Assembly: GCA_002633005.1 (NCBI GenBank)
Contig: NMRA01000158.1
Span: forward strand, 684,433-748,432
Origin: Phoronis australis
Lineage: Eukaryota; Animalia; Phoronida
Direction of reading: 5' to 3'
Length of the DNA stretch: 64,000 nt
Shown here: positions 1 to 11,700 of the stretch, in pieces
Position numbering within the stretch: the first letter of the stretch is position 1
How the letters are laid out: every line of letters begins with the position of its first letter
Notes under the pieces: model-generated
Told to the model about the DNA's origin: nothing
What the model saw: only the letters and a program-made list of their open reading frames with translations
The model's database searches: none
Program-made: the position numbers and the translations under genes

Positions 1-1161
1 GAGTGTGAAATGCGAGATGAGGTTTGGAGAAATTGTGGACTGAGATACGAGTGTGGGATGATTACGAGGGTCGTGTTCAATAACGGTAGTACCTCGCTAG
101 AAAACCAAGAACTCGCGAGATTTCGCAAGACATAGCCGTTTAAACGGAGTATAACCAAAGACATTAACTACGGTCTCTGGTATAACCTGTCTGCTCACTC
201 TCCATGCGGCCTCGTCCCAAGTGTCAACTATGGCTAAACCAGAGACCGAAGAGCACCACCCCCCCCCCCTCCATGGGTGCTCGCATGTAAACTAAGGGAC
301 TTGTTTGCTTTACAAGCATTAGTATCGATGAGTTGTTTGAAACACAAGCTGTAAAAGAGTTTTACAGTGATGTGCGATCGATGTGTTGTCGAGTGGTTGG
401 TTATTGGGTTCATAAGTGTACATGAGGAGAGCGTGCCTTTTGTGTGCATGTTGTATTGACAAGACAATGTGTTGAAGTTCATCTTCCTGTGTTTCCTTTC
501 CCTGCATGTTTACAAGAGGCAAGAGAGTTCATGTCGTTCTGGAAGAGTGCAACTTCTTCGATGGAGGTATAAGCCTATCAATTGTAGTTCTGTAGCCAAC
601 TAAAGTCAACGTCATCGCGTACTATATGCCATTTTCGAATTCGGAATTTTCAAAATTCCAACCCCAAGCGATTCCTTGAGTCTGTGATGGTTTCGATGAA
701 TATTGCAAACTCGACTTTGAGAGTTAAGGCATAATTCGATTTTCATTTTTAGGCAGCTCGGTAAATAGCGCGAAATGCACCTGCATGTAACTGGTACAGT
801 CACCTGTCTCGATTTCAGCGAGTGACAGACAATGGTGAGAGTTGGCAATTTGTTATAAAATTAAACAATGGATTTTATTGTTTGTTTTGTAGCTCTTTTA
901 GTAGCATTTAACGAAAAGGAATTAAAGGTACATTGATAGCAAACAACGATTATCAATAACAGGATATCACTGATGTCACATTTTTGTAACCCCTCATTCC
1001 AAAGTGAGTCATTTCATCAATTCAACGAAAGGCGACGTGCAAGTATAAAAGGTTGCAAATTGCAATTTCAATGAACTCATGCAACTTCATCATGACTGTG
1101 CACAAAAGTGCCAAATACAAATTCCACGAAAACGTTTCTTATTGTATAACTGCATTCATTC

Positions 1162-1322
1162 CAGTGGCAAATTTAACGGGGGGGGGCAAGGGTGGCATGG
1201 CCCCCTAAAATTCTCCCAGATTCCATTTGGCAGTTCGGAGGTGCGAGTGTCTGACGGGCAAAATCCTGGAAAATAACCTGCCCTACCCCCCCCTCTAACT
1301 CAAAATCCTGGATCCGCCCCCG
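1162..1322. mobile_element. hAT-like MITE, degenerate
   Basis: Imperfect termini CAGTGGCAAATTTA...TGGATCCGCCCCCG with G/C runs typical of non-autonomous hAT elements. Confidence 0.45.
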
Positions 1323-2149
1323 CATTCTTTTAACCAAAACAAGGATATCTCAATGCAGCTTACGTTTGTGTATTCGACCATAAAATGCCCCATTTCTCAA
1401 CACTGTACTCATTAGCCTACTTTCGTCTCATCATGTACGTATACGCGTCCTAATACCCAAATGCATAAACGCTGCGTTTAAGATGTAGGTCTACTTTTTC
1501 TTCAAAGCAGAAAACATGTCATACTGTCAGTTTGGTAAACTCATCTAATTTCCTACATATCACAATTTTTAACCTCAACTCGTTTTACCAGTGTAAGGGT
1601 GTAATTTTGGTTCTTGTAGCAGACGCAGGACAACCAGTGGTGTGCGCACAGAACAATGCCGGATCATTGCAAAATGTTCCGAAAACGCAGTTTGTCAATT
1701 TTGTCCGCCTTCCACATAGAGTCTAGTCTCATGCACCTACGTGTAACGAACTGATGGTTCTTCTTTCGGAGCCATGAAATCACATTCAGTTCGTTGAATG
1801 AAACAATTTCAAACCAATTTCATAACGGAAATGATACATATCAAAACTTGTAGTTGTGGTGGAAGGTGGGTTTATAGGCACAAGTAATAATAAACTTTAC
1901 ATTGCGTAGGCCTACTGACCGATAAAGGATGTTCTTTATATAACGACGCAAGAATCTGATCTACGGTAGTTGTACGAGGATTCAGTAAGATTCCAGCCAC
2001 GACTCCTTGAGGATGAGTCGAAGTTTAGGACATATCTTTGATACATGATTTTTTTCGAACCACACAGGAAAAATCATTGGGGTGCACCACACAAGAAAAA
2101 TCATTGGCGTTCTATGGGCCTAGGTCCAATCTCAAAAAACGATTCCACG

Positions 2150-2400
2150 GTGCTTTGCGTTGACAGTTCTTGCTATTCTTCAAGCAAAAAGATAAACAAG
2201 TGTTGACACTATGTACTCTACTTTGGCTTGTCTCAACTGGTAAATCAAGCTCATCATAGATCTAATGCCAAAGGAAATTTTCATCTCCATGACAGCAGGA
2301 CCAATTTTGAAAAATTCTACTGCTTCTCTACTCTGGTGCAATGCTTTGGAACCTTTTCGATCCTGATGTCCGGCAGAGTGAATATATAGGTATTAAAAAT
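2150..2400 (+). mobile_element. 3' relic of a CR1/L2-clade LINE
   Basis: Frameshifted translation GNFHLHDSRTNFEKF...YSGAMLWN resembles the RT..K.SF.YSGA.LWN tail of LINE ORF2. Confidence 0.45.
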
Positions 2401-2404
2401 AATA

Positions 2405-2585
2405 GTAATTGCAGGCGGTCTAATACACGTGGTACCAGACATGCGCAGGCCCCGCATGAAGGCCCGCAGTGCACTGATCATCATGCCTCGTTAATATATA
2501 ATTAAAACCGAGCTAAGGAGCTAGAAACCTGACTAAAGGATTTAGCAGTGTGACCGACTGGGACTCGAACCCACGACCTCGAGTA
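2405..2585 (-). mobile_element. tRNA-derived SINE fragment
   Basis: Minus strand GAGGTCGTGGGTTCGAGTCCCA is a tRNA T-arm/B-box; no complete cloverleaf. Confidence 0.55.
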
Positions 2586-4533
2586 AAGAAAGCAGGTAGT
2601 TATTTTTAACTTCAGATTGAATTGTCAAGTCTCTCACTTTGTTGTTCCAGTAAAAGTATACAGGTATCTTCAATTCCAGGTTTCAGTGTATGTTTCAGTG
2701 TATGGTCTCTCGCTCTATTGTTCCAATTTGTTGTGGTCTTTAATTCAATCTAATATCATTTTAGTAGTGAAATTTCCAACACTAGTTTTCTTTCATATCA
2801 AGACCCTAAAGAATTGAGTTTTTATCCTGTAGCTGTGTTCACTCATCAGATGCTGGCGACATCTATTGTTTTCGAACACTTTGTAACACCGCTTCTTGTC
2901 GATGCGAAAAATTGGGCTTGGAATATGCATTGAAAGTGGCAGTTCTCTGATCGATCAACTCGAACAAACTAATCTCATAATGTTTCTTACGGCAATTGTA
3001 TAGAAACTGATACGGTATCAAACAGAATAAAAAAAAATCTGCACATAACATGTTGCAAGTTAGCATGGTTTGTTTGAGGATGAAAATGATTTTCATGGTA
3101 CACAGCTACTTGAGACATGTTTGTGTGATTGAATAAAACAAGTTTATAATTTGCATTTCAAATGAATTGGAACGTTTCTTTAAGATATTGCCCCATTGCC
3201 ATAAACCAGATACGTAAAAGTAACTTATGAAACGTTTATACAATTAGGCATCTCCCGTCAGAACACTTTCATATATACAGTATTCCGATGAGACCTGGTT
3301 TGGAAGTTTGATGAGGGATGTTCCGTCGAAAAACGTCACAATTAAACAACTGTCGAGATATGGTTTCTACTCCAATATGCCTCGGCTCTTCTCGCTTTAT
3401 TTTTTTGCTTACGAAACATCATAAGAGACCTACCTCACAATCGGTGCCGATAGAGAGGTATTTAGGATTTATGCAAGAATGTTAAGAGTGTAACAATCCG
3501 GCCAAACGTGCCATGGCATGCAAGATCTAACCTTCTGTCTGCGACGGACAATAAAACCAAAATTTAAAAAAAAACCACACAACTCTGTAAGCACCAACTG
3601 TTAAAGCCACCATAAACCCGTTTTCCATAAAAGCAAACTTTTGATTTAGACCACTTGCCGGTATAAAATTGACTCCGGTTCAGTGACGCTAGGACCTAGC
3701 TAAAAAGCAAGACTTTGCGAGATTACGTGAGATATTGAAGTATATTTTAAGTGAGAGCATGTGACTGTGCCTACATTTTAACTAGGTCCTAGCATTACTG
3801 AACTCACGCCCGGTCTCGACTTATAAGTCAAGACCAGCTGAAAATCGTTACTCAAGACCACGTGTGGTTTCTTGCTCTGGAAAGAACAGGCAGTTTCGTG
3901 GTCCAGATCATTTTTATCCCATAAAACAACCCGCTGTGATAACCGACATGCTAACTGTAGCAAGAAACAAGTTGAGGACAGTATCTTGGTGTATGAAATT
4001 AAGTTTTCCAGAGGCATTCAAACTTTGCATTAATTCCAGACTAAACCCTGTCCCTTGACTTATTTGAAAGTTCTTTTACACCCATGTGTTAGTGCACAAG
4101 TTTGAAGGAAGGTAAAAATGTGGACAAAGACCTATTCAACCATGGAAAAACTCCACCCCCGCGTCACTGTAAATTGTTGGTGGGGTAGGCACGAGACTTC
4201 GAACCCCACTCCCTACAGCTTTGGTAAACGTGAACACAGAATAAAATGACCTTTCATTGCAAGGAGTATAATTGTTTATGCCAGACAAGCACAAAATTTC
4301 ATAAATGATTGCAAAGCTGTAATAAAATCCAAACAATCCTTAGACATACAGCATATCGACACATCAAAAAAGTTATGAAATACCATGATTAAAACAGCTT
4401 GCTACCAACGGTAATATAAAAGTAAGACATTTTTAAAAATGAAGTTTACTAATGAAACATCCAAACTATATATTTCAAGGTAAACTGAGTATTTGGATCA
4501 AGAATTAAAAGATGAATTTAATCGTTCACTTAA

Positions 4534-4741
4534 AGCTGCACTCCGCCGGGTTTAGCTGGCTGAAAAACAAAGATCAAACTAGGCCTTTTACTCTCACAAA
4601 ATTGGTTCCTTATATTCTTTACTGTGACATGATCAACAAAATTCTATACGGGGAGGAATATTATGAAACTAATTTTAATGAGAATAAAAGGCCAAAATTG
4701 ATTTTCATTTTTTAGCCAGCTGATCAAGACGAAGTGCAGCT
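4534..4741. mobile_element. Kolobok-like (TTAA-flanked) MITE with long imperfect TIRs
   Basis: ttaa|AGCTGCACT...AGCTGGCTGAAAAA versus TTTTTAGCCAGCT...AGTGCAGCT|tca. Confidence 0.6.
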
Positions 4742-5660
4742 TCACAGAGAAAAAATAAATCTTTGCCTTTCAACTACTAGTCAATGATACAATATGATGA
4801 TATGGAAAACTAGTGAACAAACCTGAGGAAACCGATAAAGCTAGGAGTAATAGACTGGCGGTTTCAATTCATAAAACAGTTTATACAAAAATAATATCAC
4901 TGTGGCTAATAATTGGAAAAGTATAAAATATACACTTACTATAATAAAACGCTTATTCCACTGTCACCCTGCACATTTGGCAATCAAAACGATATTGGTG
5001 TCATACTGTTGATATGTTTATAGACACACAAAGGATCAAACAAAATTAGGACCACTTTATATGCACATTCAGTTTGTGATCTGGCAAGTCGATATATAAT
5101 ACTAGATAACTTACAAACAAACCATAATCTTAAAAAAGGTGTGAAAATGTATTAGGAAAATTCCAGGACAAACGGGACGGCTGTGGTTATAATGTAACAT
5201 GACTTGAAACAACTCATTAGTACCTGTTAAATGTAGAGCTTCTTCAGTAAAGAACACACAATATGAGAGAATGATAAGAACTTATGCAATATCTCACCAA
5301 AAATAAATAAGAATATTTTAATTAATTAATAGACAGTTTGCGGTCATCAGTGACTCTTCAGCAATGCAGTGACCTATTGAAAAATAGAAAATGAGAATTT
5401 TGGGAATTTTTTTGTTCGAATTTGACATAACTCTAACAGTTGCTGTTGCTGGTACTAGTCTGCATAACAGTGGATATGTACAGTACAAGACTTCAGTTGA
5501 ATATGACTATGTTTGTACATCAGCAGTCTCTGGAGGTAATACTGGACTACCATTGATATATGTACATAGATTAAAACAACTAAGAAAGAAGACGGGAGAC
5601 TGATTCTATGCCTTCAGGTAATTCCAATAAAATGCACACACAACACCCCACAGTCAGTGT

Positions 5661-5764
5661 TTAAAAGTGATCCACCAGGACAGATACGCTGTTCTTGCCA
5701 ACGCGACCTTGAGACACACCATCGATCCCGGCCAAGGTCATATTCTGCCATTGCTGAGGATTTC
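5661..5764 (-). CDS. TJP1: ZO-1 last coding exon ([13 protein letters not shown]...[11 protein letters not shown])
   Basis: Phase-1 acceptor acatag|GA; ends with the conserved ZO-1 C-terminus VSVLVDHF and TAA at 5661-5663. Confidence 0.93.
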
Positions 5765-8700
5765 CTATGTGCGAAGAAACAAGAAAATGATTGACAGTTT
5801 AAAGCAATTAGATCCCACAATATTTTAAGGATGTTAGGAAGACCAGTTGACAAGAACGATGATGTTTATAATTTACAAACAACCCGGGAAGAATTTTGTA
5901 AACATTCTCCTGAGGCTCTTCCCTTTGTTTACGGAACAGAATGGTGAATTTTATCCTAGAATTCAACATTCTAGCCCCACCAATCAATTACTGTTGTGGC
6001 TGCTATTTTTCTAGTGTACACCAGTAAGGTCCTGAGCTTGTGTGGTCTTGCATAATAGCTTTGCCAGCTGTTCACACTGTATCCATCATTATTCAGAAGA
6101 GCAGACAATAACAATAACAATAACAATAACAATATTCGGACACCAGCTTCTTCATCCAACGATGCACATGAAGTGTGCTATTTAATAAGTTTTCAGACCG
6201 TTAGGGAGGAGTATGTCAACAGGTATCTCACAATTCACGGTGCACGGACACACGTTTTCACAGTTCAGTGAACATTGCAACAGTTCAGAAGATGTAATAG
6301 GACAATCTATGCAAAAATATTATTACAAAGGTCAAGAGAAGAAGTTGCTGAATAATTTTGTATTACCATTTTTGATTAGTTTTCACAAAATCTTGAATTT
6401 TATTCAAAAAATAAAAAATGGTTGCAGGAGTTCCAGTACACGTACCAGACATGGGAAAGGCCACTCAGGTGGATCAATTGAACTGATCACCTGAACTTTA
6501 TAAACAAACAAACCTATTATAAATGAGAAAACAACAGAAGCAGGCAGTCTCACGACCATGACTTTTTCGAAGACTGCAATAATTGTTAGATACAGCAAGG
6601 ATATGCAGATTTGGGGATTTTCTAACCCAGGTCAAAGTATGATTTGTTTCGATGTATCACAAGCAAAAAATTTGGTTTCATTTAAACTCGGATCCAGCAA
6701 CTTTAGCAGAAAGTGCTTACCTGTGGGTGAATCACTGGACTTGAGAGCGAATGACCAGCTGTCTGGGTTGACTGAGGCACAATGTGGAAGACGTAATTCT
6801 ACTGGCTGTGAGAACTTGAGGCCATGGGGGCCACACATCACCAAGGGACTCAACAGTGTCTCACCTGCAAGGAGTCAGTCAGTGATGTTGGATATGAAAA
6901 TACAGCCAGGTAGAGTATTCGAACAGTTGCTTTAAGCTATTAATGTAAGGTCAAAACACTGAAAGTTGCGACTCTATTAGAATATTATTTACCAATAAAA
7001 TATGTATCTCTCCAATTGCTTTTATGTTCCAAGTTGCAAAATTGATGAGAAAAAATGAGAGCGCTCGGAGGAGCGACACTTGGCGGAATTAATCGGAAAG
7101 ACGACGAACACGATATCATTCATGTGACTAGCGAAGAAATCAAATAGAGAGCATACAATCAACTACAATAAAGAATGAAAGCCCGTTCAAAACTCTATCT
7201 AAAGTCGTAGTTTGGCAAACACGATAACATTCATGTGACTAGCGAAGAAATCAAATAGAGAGCATACAATCAACTACAATAAAGAACAATAGATGGCGCA
7301 ACATGACGGTCCAGTCTGCAGTAGGACAGTGCTGACTGGGTCAGTCTGGGTCAACTAGGCATAACCAAAATAAAGTGAACTGAAAGCCAGCCAGCTGCGT
7401 CTTTTCATTGGTGACCGAAGGAACAACGGCATTCGAAAATCTCGAATGATTCAAAAGTAGACGTTGTAGCGCAAAATGGAAAATATCGTCTGAAAGCCCG
7501 TCCACAACTCTACGTACTTTGATAAAGCATACAATCACTTACAATAAAGAACAATAGATGGCGCAACATTACGGACGAGGCATGCTTTACAGTAGGACAG
7601 TGCTGGCTGGGTAAGTCTGGGTCAACTAGGCATAACCAAAACAAAGTGAGCTGAAAGCCAGCCAGCTGCGTGTGACCGAAGGAACAACGGTATCCGAAAA
7701 TCTCGACTAATTCAAAAAGTAGACGTCGTAGCGCAAAATGGAAAATATCTCCTGAAAGCCCGTTCAAAAGTCTATCTAAAGTGGTAGTTTGACCAAAATC
7801 CAAAAATTTTTCGAGAAAATTGAAAATTTGCTGTTTTTTTGAAATTCAAAGTCAAATAACTCGAAAACAGTAAGTCTGAGAAATACGCTCTCGCAGACTT
7901 TTCGAAAGGCCATACTTCAAGGAATCCACATGCAAAAATTATACAGTTAGACGAACTTACCTTAAGTGAAGGATGACTGTAATTTTATGTATCCCCAGAA
8001 TTCCCCCAGAGTGCTAACATGAGATACGGACATGCGCAAAGCGGACCATTCTTTAAAGCTCTTCTGTGATCAAGAGAGTGCTAACAGGGTGGGATGTGGA
8101 GGGCATGTTAGCACTCTGGGGGAATTCTGGGGATACATAAAATTACAGTCATCCTNTGAAAATCGGACGAAAATTACGACCTGTAGAGAGCGAACAAACA
8201 AAAAAAAAAAAAAACTTGCTGTCAGACCAACATACTTGGCGGAATTCTTCCGCCAAGTAATTATGTCTATTGATAACCAAAACACATTCACCATTTCTAA
8301 TTTACACGGATCTCTCAACAAGTCTGGGTCATTATACAATTTTAAAGACTCAAGCTGAAATAATTAGGTCAAGCAGAACTAATTAGATCAAGCTGGAAAC
8401 ACTAACTTCAAACTGGAATAAATCAACTTAAGTCCCGTTTAGACATCAACTTTTGGCCCGGTGCAACTGACACGGTGCAAATTGACCGGTGTCAAGCGGC
8501 GGTTTACACACACAACTCACTAACCGTGGCAAGACGGAAATTAAAGGCTGGTGAGACTGGATCGTACATGCGCAGGTCTACAAATGACGAGAGTTGCAGA
8601 GACAAAGAACCCGTACGTAGGTCATTGCACAAGCGCAGTACAGATGATCCTTTCCGCCTTACTCCAGTTTCGCGTTTAGACTTATAATTGGCACGGCGCA

Positions 8701-11700
8701 AGATGTTCGGGCACAAATTACTCTACCTCACAAACGGGTGGCAAAAATTTGCCACAGCGGTGTCAATTTGCGCCATGTCAGTCCGTTTACACATTGGAAC
8801 AACTTGTTCCGTGTCAGCTGATCCGAGTCAACTTTGTAAGTATAAACGGCACTTTAGTGTAGGTCACTCATACCATAGAAGCAATATGTGAACACAGATC
8901 AGTACACGGTATTACCATGTGTAATAAGAATTAACACCAGAACCAGCTTACCCTTTTCCCTATCCAGTGGAGGTAGAATGCTGTTGTCCTGACACACCTT
9001 GAAGTAAATCTCTTGCTGCACTCCCTCAGGTATAGCCCCACTAGGTATAATGATGCTTACACCTGCAAAAAATGTAAGATTGTCCATTAATGCCATAAGA
9101 AATGGTTTATCACGCATGATTTATCAAAGAACAAACACCCGGTCCTAGCCAAGGCTTTCGTGTGACACCAAAAATATAGAAGACTATTTTAACTCAGTAA
9201 AAGTATATAATTTCTTAAAGTAAAAAGTCTGCATAATTGGATTTTTTTACCTTATATCAAACTCCTCTAAATTGGGTAACATGACCATGTCTTTTTAGTA
9301 AAATTTAGCAAAAAATAAGGGTACACTCAAAGCACAAAACAATGGTATCAATAATATTACCAAATTTTGTTCCAAACAGCTTATTATTTAAAATGACTTA
9401 TTCTTATTAAAATGACGTAGGCAAAAAATTGAATTTTGGACCTCAAAAGCGAGGCCCCCTATATTAATATAGGAGGCCCCGCCGAAAGGAGGCCGGAGAG
9501 CGGGGCCCACTATATTAATATAGGAGGCCCCGCCGAAAGGAGGCCGGAGAGCGGGGCCCCCTATATTAATATAGGAGGCCTCGCTTTTGAGGTCCAAAAT
9601 TCAATTTTTTGCCTACGTCATTTTAATAAGAATAAGTCATTTTAAATAATAAGCTGTTTCCACATAAATGTTCAAGATGACATCTCGAAAACAACACTCT
9701 GCAAATTAAAGTTTTTTATCATTTCGTTTTCATTGTACTCAACTTTTGGATTTTTTCATAAATATCACTGATGTCATTGATAGCACCTGAAAGTTTCATA
9801 TGAATTTGAGAAGCTATTCCTGCGATGTGATGTTCTGAAGTGGACCAAAATTGGACAATTTCTGGGCTCCTACGTAACCTTAAGACATCCAGAGAGCTAA
9901 CACCTTCAATAGGCAGCCATGCTACGTCAATGCGTCAAACATGTAAATCAGCTACAATTTACTAAGACTTGAGAGAGCTTAGACAAATATGTAAATCAGC
10001 CGTAGTTTACTGATACTGAGGAGAATCTAATGAAATATATAAATCAGTTGAAATTTACTAAAACTTAGCAGAGTCTAGTCAAATACGCAAATTATCTGAA
10101 GTTTACCAAAACTCGAGTAACTCCAATCTTCAGACCACAGTAACACCAGCAGCAGAAAAAAAAACTCCTAAGAAATCAAGCTTAGAAGAATACAACAAGT
10201 CAAGACTTGACACAAACTGAGGATCTACTACTGACCAGTCTCCTTTGACTCCAAAACACCACCGGTGTGATCGAAAACTCCATTGGCAGTAGCTACAACC
10301 GTGTGGTTATCATCAGATCCAAATGAGTCTTGGCTGGAATGGATGACATAATAATCTGAGGTAAAAGTGCAGACTAAGGTTATATCCGTAAGCACTACAA
10401 TTGGAGAAGTCTTTTAATATCAAAATCATCTCAGATTGGTAAATGTCCTGTGAGATTAACAGTTCTTTTTGCTTACCTGTATCTCAGATTGGTAAATGTC
10501 CCGTGAGATTAAGTTCTTTTTGCTTACCTGTAAGTCATACTTCCATTTGGTTTGGGTGATGTCTCATTTGGCTTTTTGTAGGATTCAAATGCACTTGAGC
10601 GAGACTGGTCCGCCGGCGCAGGTTGAGCCACTGGCCCAGAGGGGGGGTTTCTGTAAAAGAGTAGTGCACGCCACAATTAGCTTCTACAAATATGTAGTGA
10701 AACATAAAAAGACATTTGTGTCATTCAAGATCAGTTAAAAATTCTTGTTTAGGCCTAAATATCGGAAAATAATATCTACTTTGTATTCAAAGGATATTTA
10801 AACAGCTCAAACACTTCATCTAACGTTTAAAATGTCATAAATAACAAAAACCATGGATCCAAGGTCAGACTGTTAAAATAATAAGACAAATAATAACACA
10901 TCAAAGGAGCAAAAACTCATGTCTTTACTCCATTCAAATTTCCATCCTGGTTTTTTGTTTCATTGCTTTAACACAATTATATACGCTTGTCAAGTAATGT
11001 GTCAGTGATAAAATGAGCTTTTCACTTGAAAGTATGTCAACTCTCAATACAAAATCACTAAATTCTTTTTCTGCTCAAGGTGAGTACGCAGCGGTTATTA
11101 CATATGACATCTATTCTAAACTAACACTACCATCATGGGGACTTGTGTGCAGTGTAGCAGTAAAAGCACCTACATTGTAAGCAAAATGAGATTTAATGAA
11201 ACTAAAGGCAGATGCTTTTCCAGAGTTCCTTTCTTACATTGTCATAGTACGCAAAATGAGATTTAATGACACGAAGGCAGATGTTTTTCCCGGATTTTTC
11301 CTTCTATTAAAGTGCACTTGACGTCATTTATAGCTCATTGAAACTGTTGACAAACTTGCTAACAGAAAGGCCTATTCGGTTTTATTTCTTACTTTCAAAT
11401 CTTCAATCCATTCATTGAGCAGTCTGAACACCAGCCATACCAACTAGTGAGATAACTTGAACATATGATTGCCTATAACAAGTTGCTAAGCAAAATGGGG
11501 GAGAGCTAGCCATTGCCAGGCAATACAGGGGTGGAATTCAAACTTCGGTTATATAAGACCACTGCCTATTTAGCTAAATATTTACTAAACTGTAGCCTAA
11601 GTAGAAAGCCTGCACACTACTCTGACATTAATCAGGTCAAGTGACCTCAATAGGGCCAAGTGACCTCAATAGGGCCAAGTGACCTCAATAGGGCCAAGTG

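Noticed and set aside
1-850. First exon or promoter of a neighbouring minus-strand gene
   Set aside because: Only short ORFs with no recognisable product; cannot be supported from this window.
2540-2585. tRNA gene
   Set aside because: Only a T-arm/B-box is present, consistent with a SINE head.
2830-2880. CTGATGA/GAAA hammerhead-like arrangement on the minus strand
   Set aside because: Extra A in the core, no helix I, and helix II register is off.
6404-6490. Alternative ZO-1 terminal exon after ZU5
   Set aside because: Immediate stop in the required phase; the conserved terminus is at 5661-5764.
9388-9645. Mirror-image 69-aa ORFs on both strands
   Set aside because: Artefact of the palindromic MITE; non-ATG starts.
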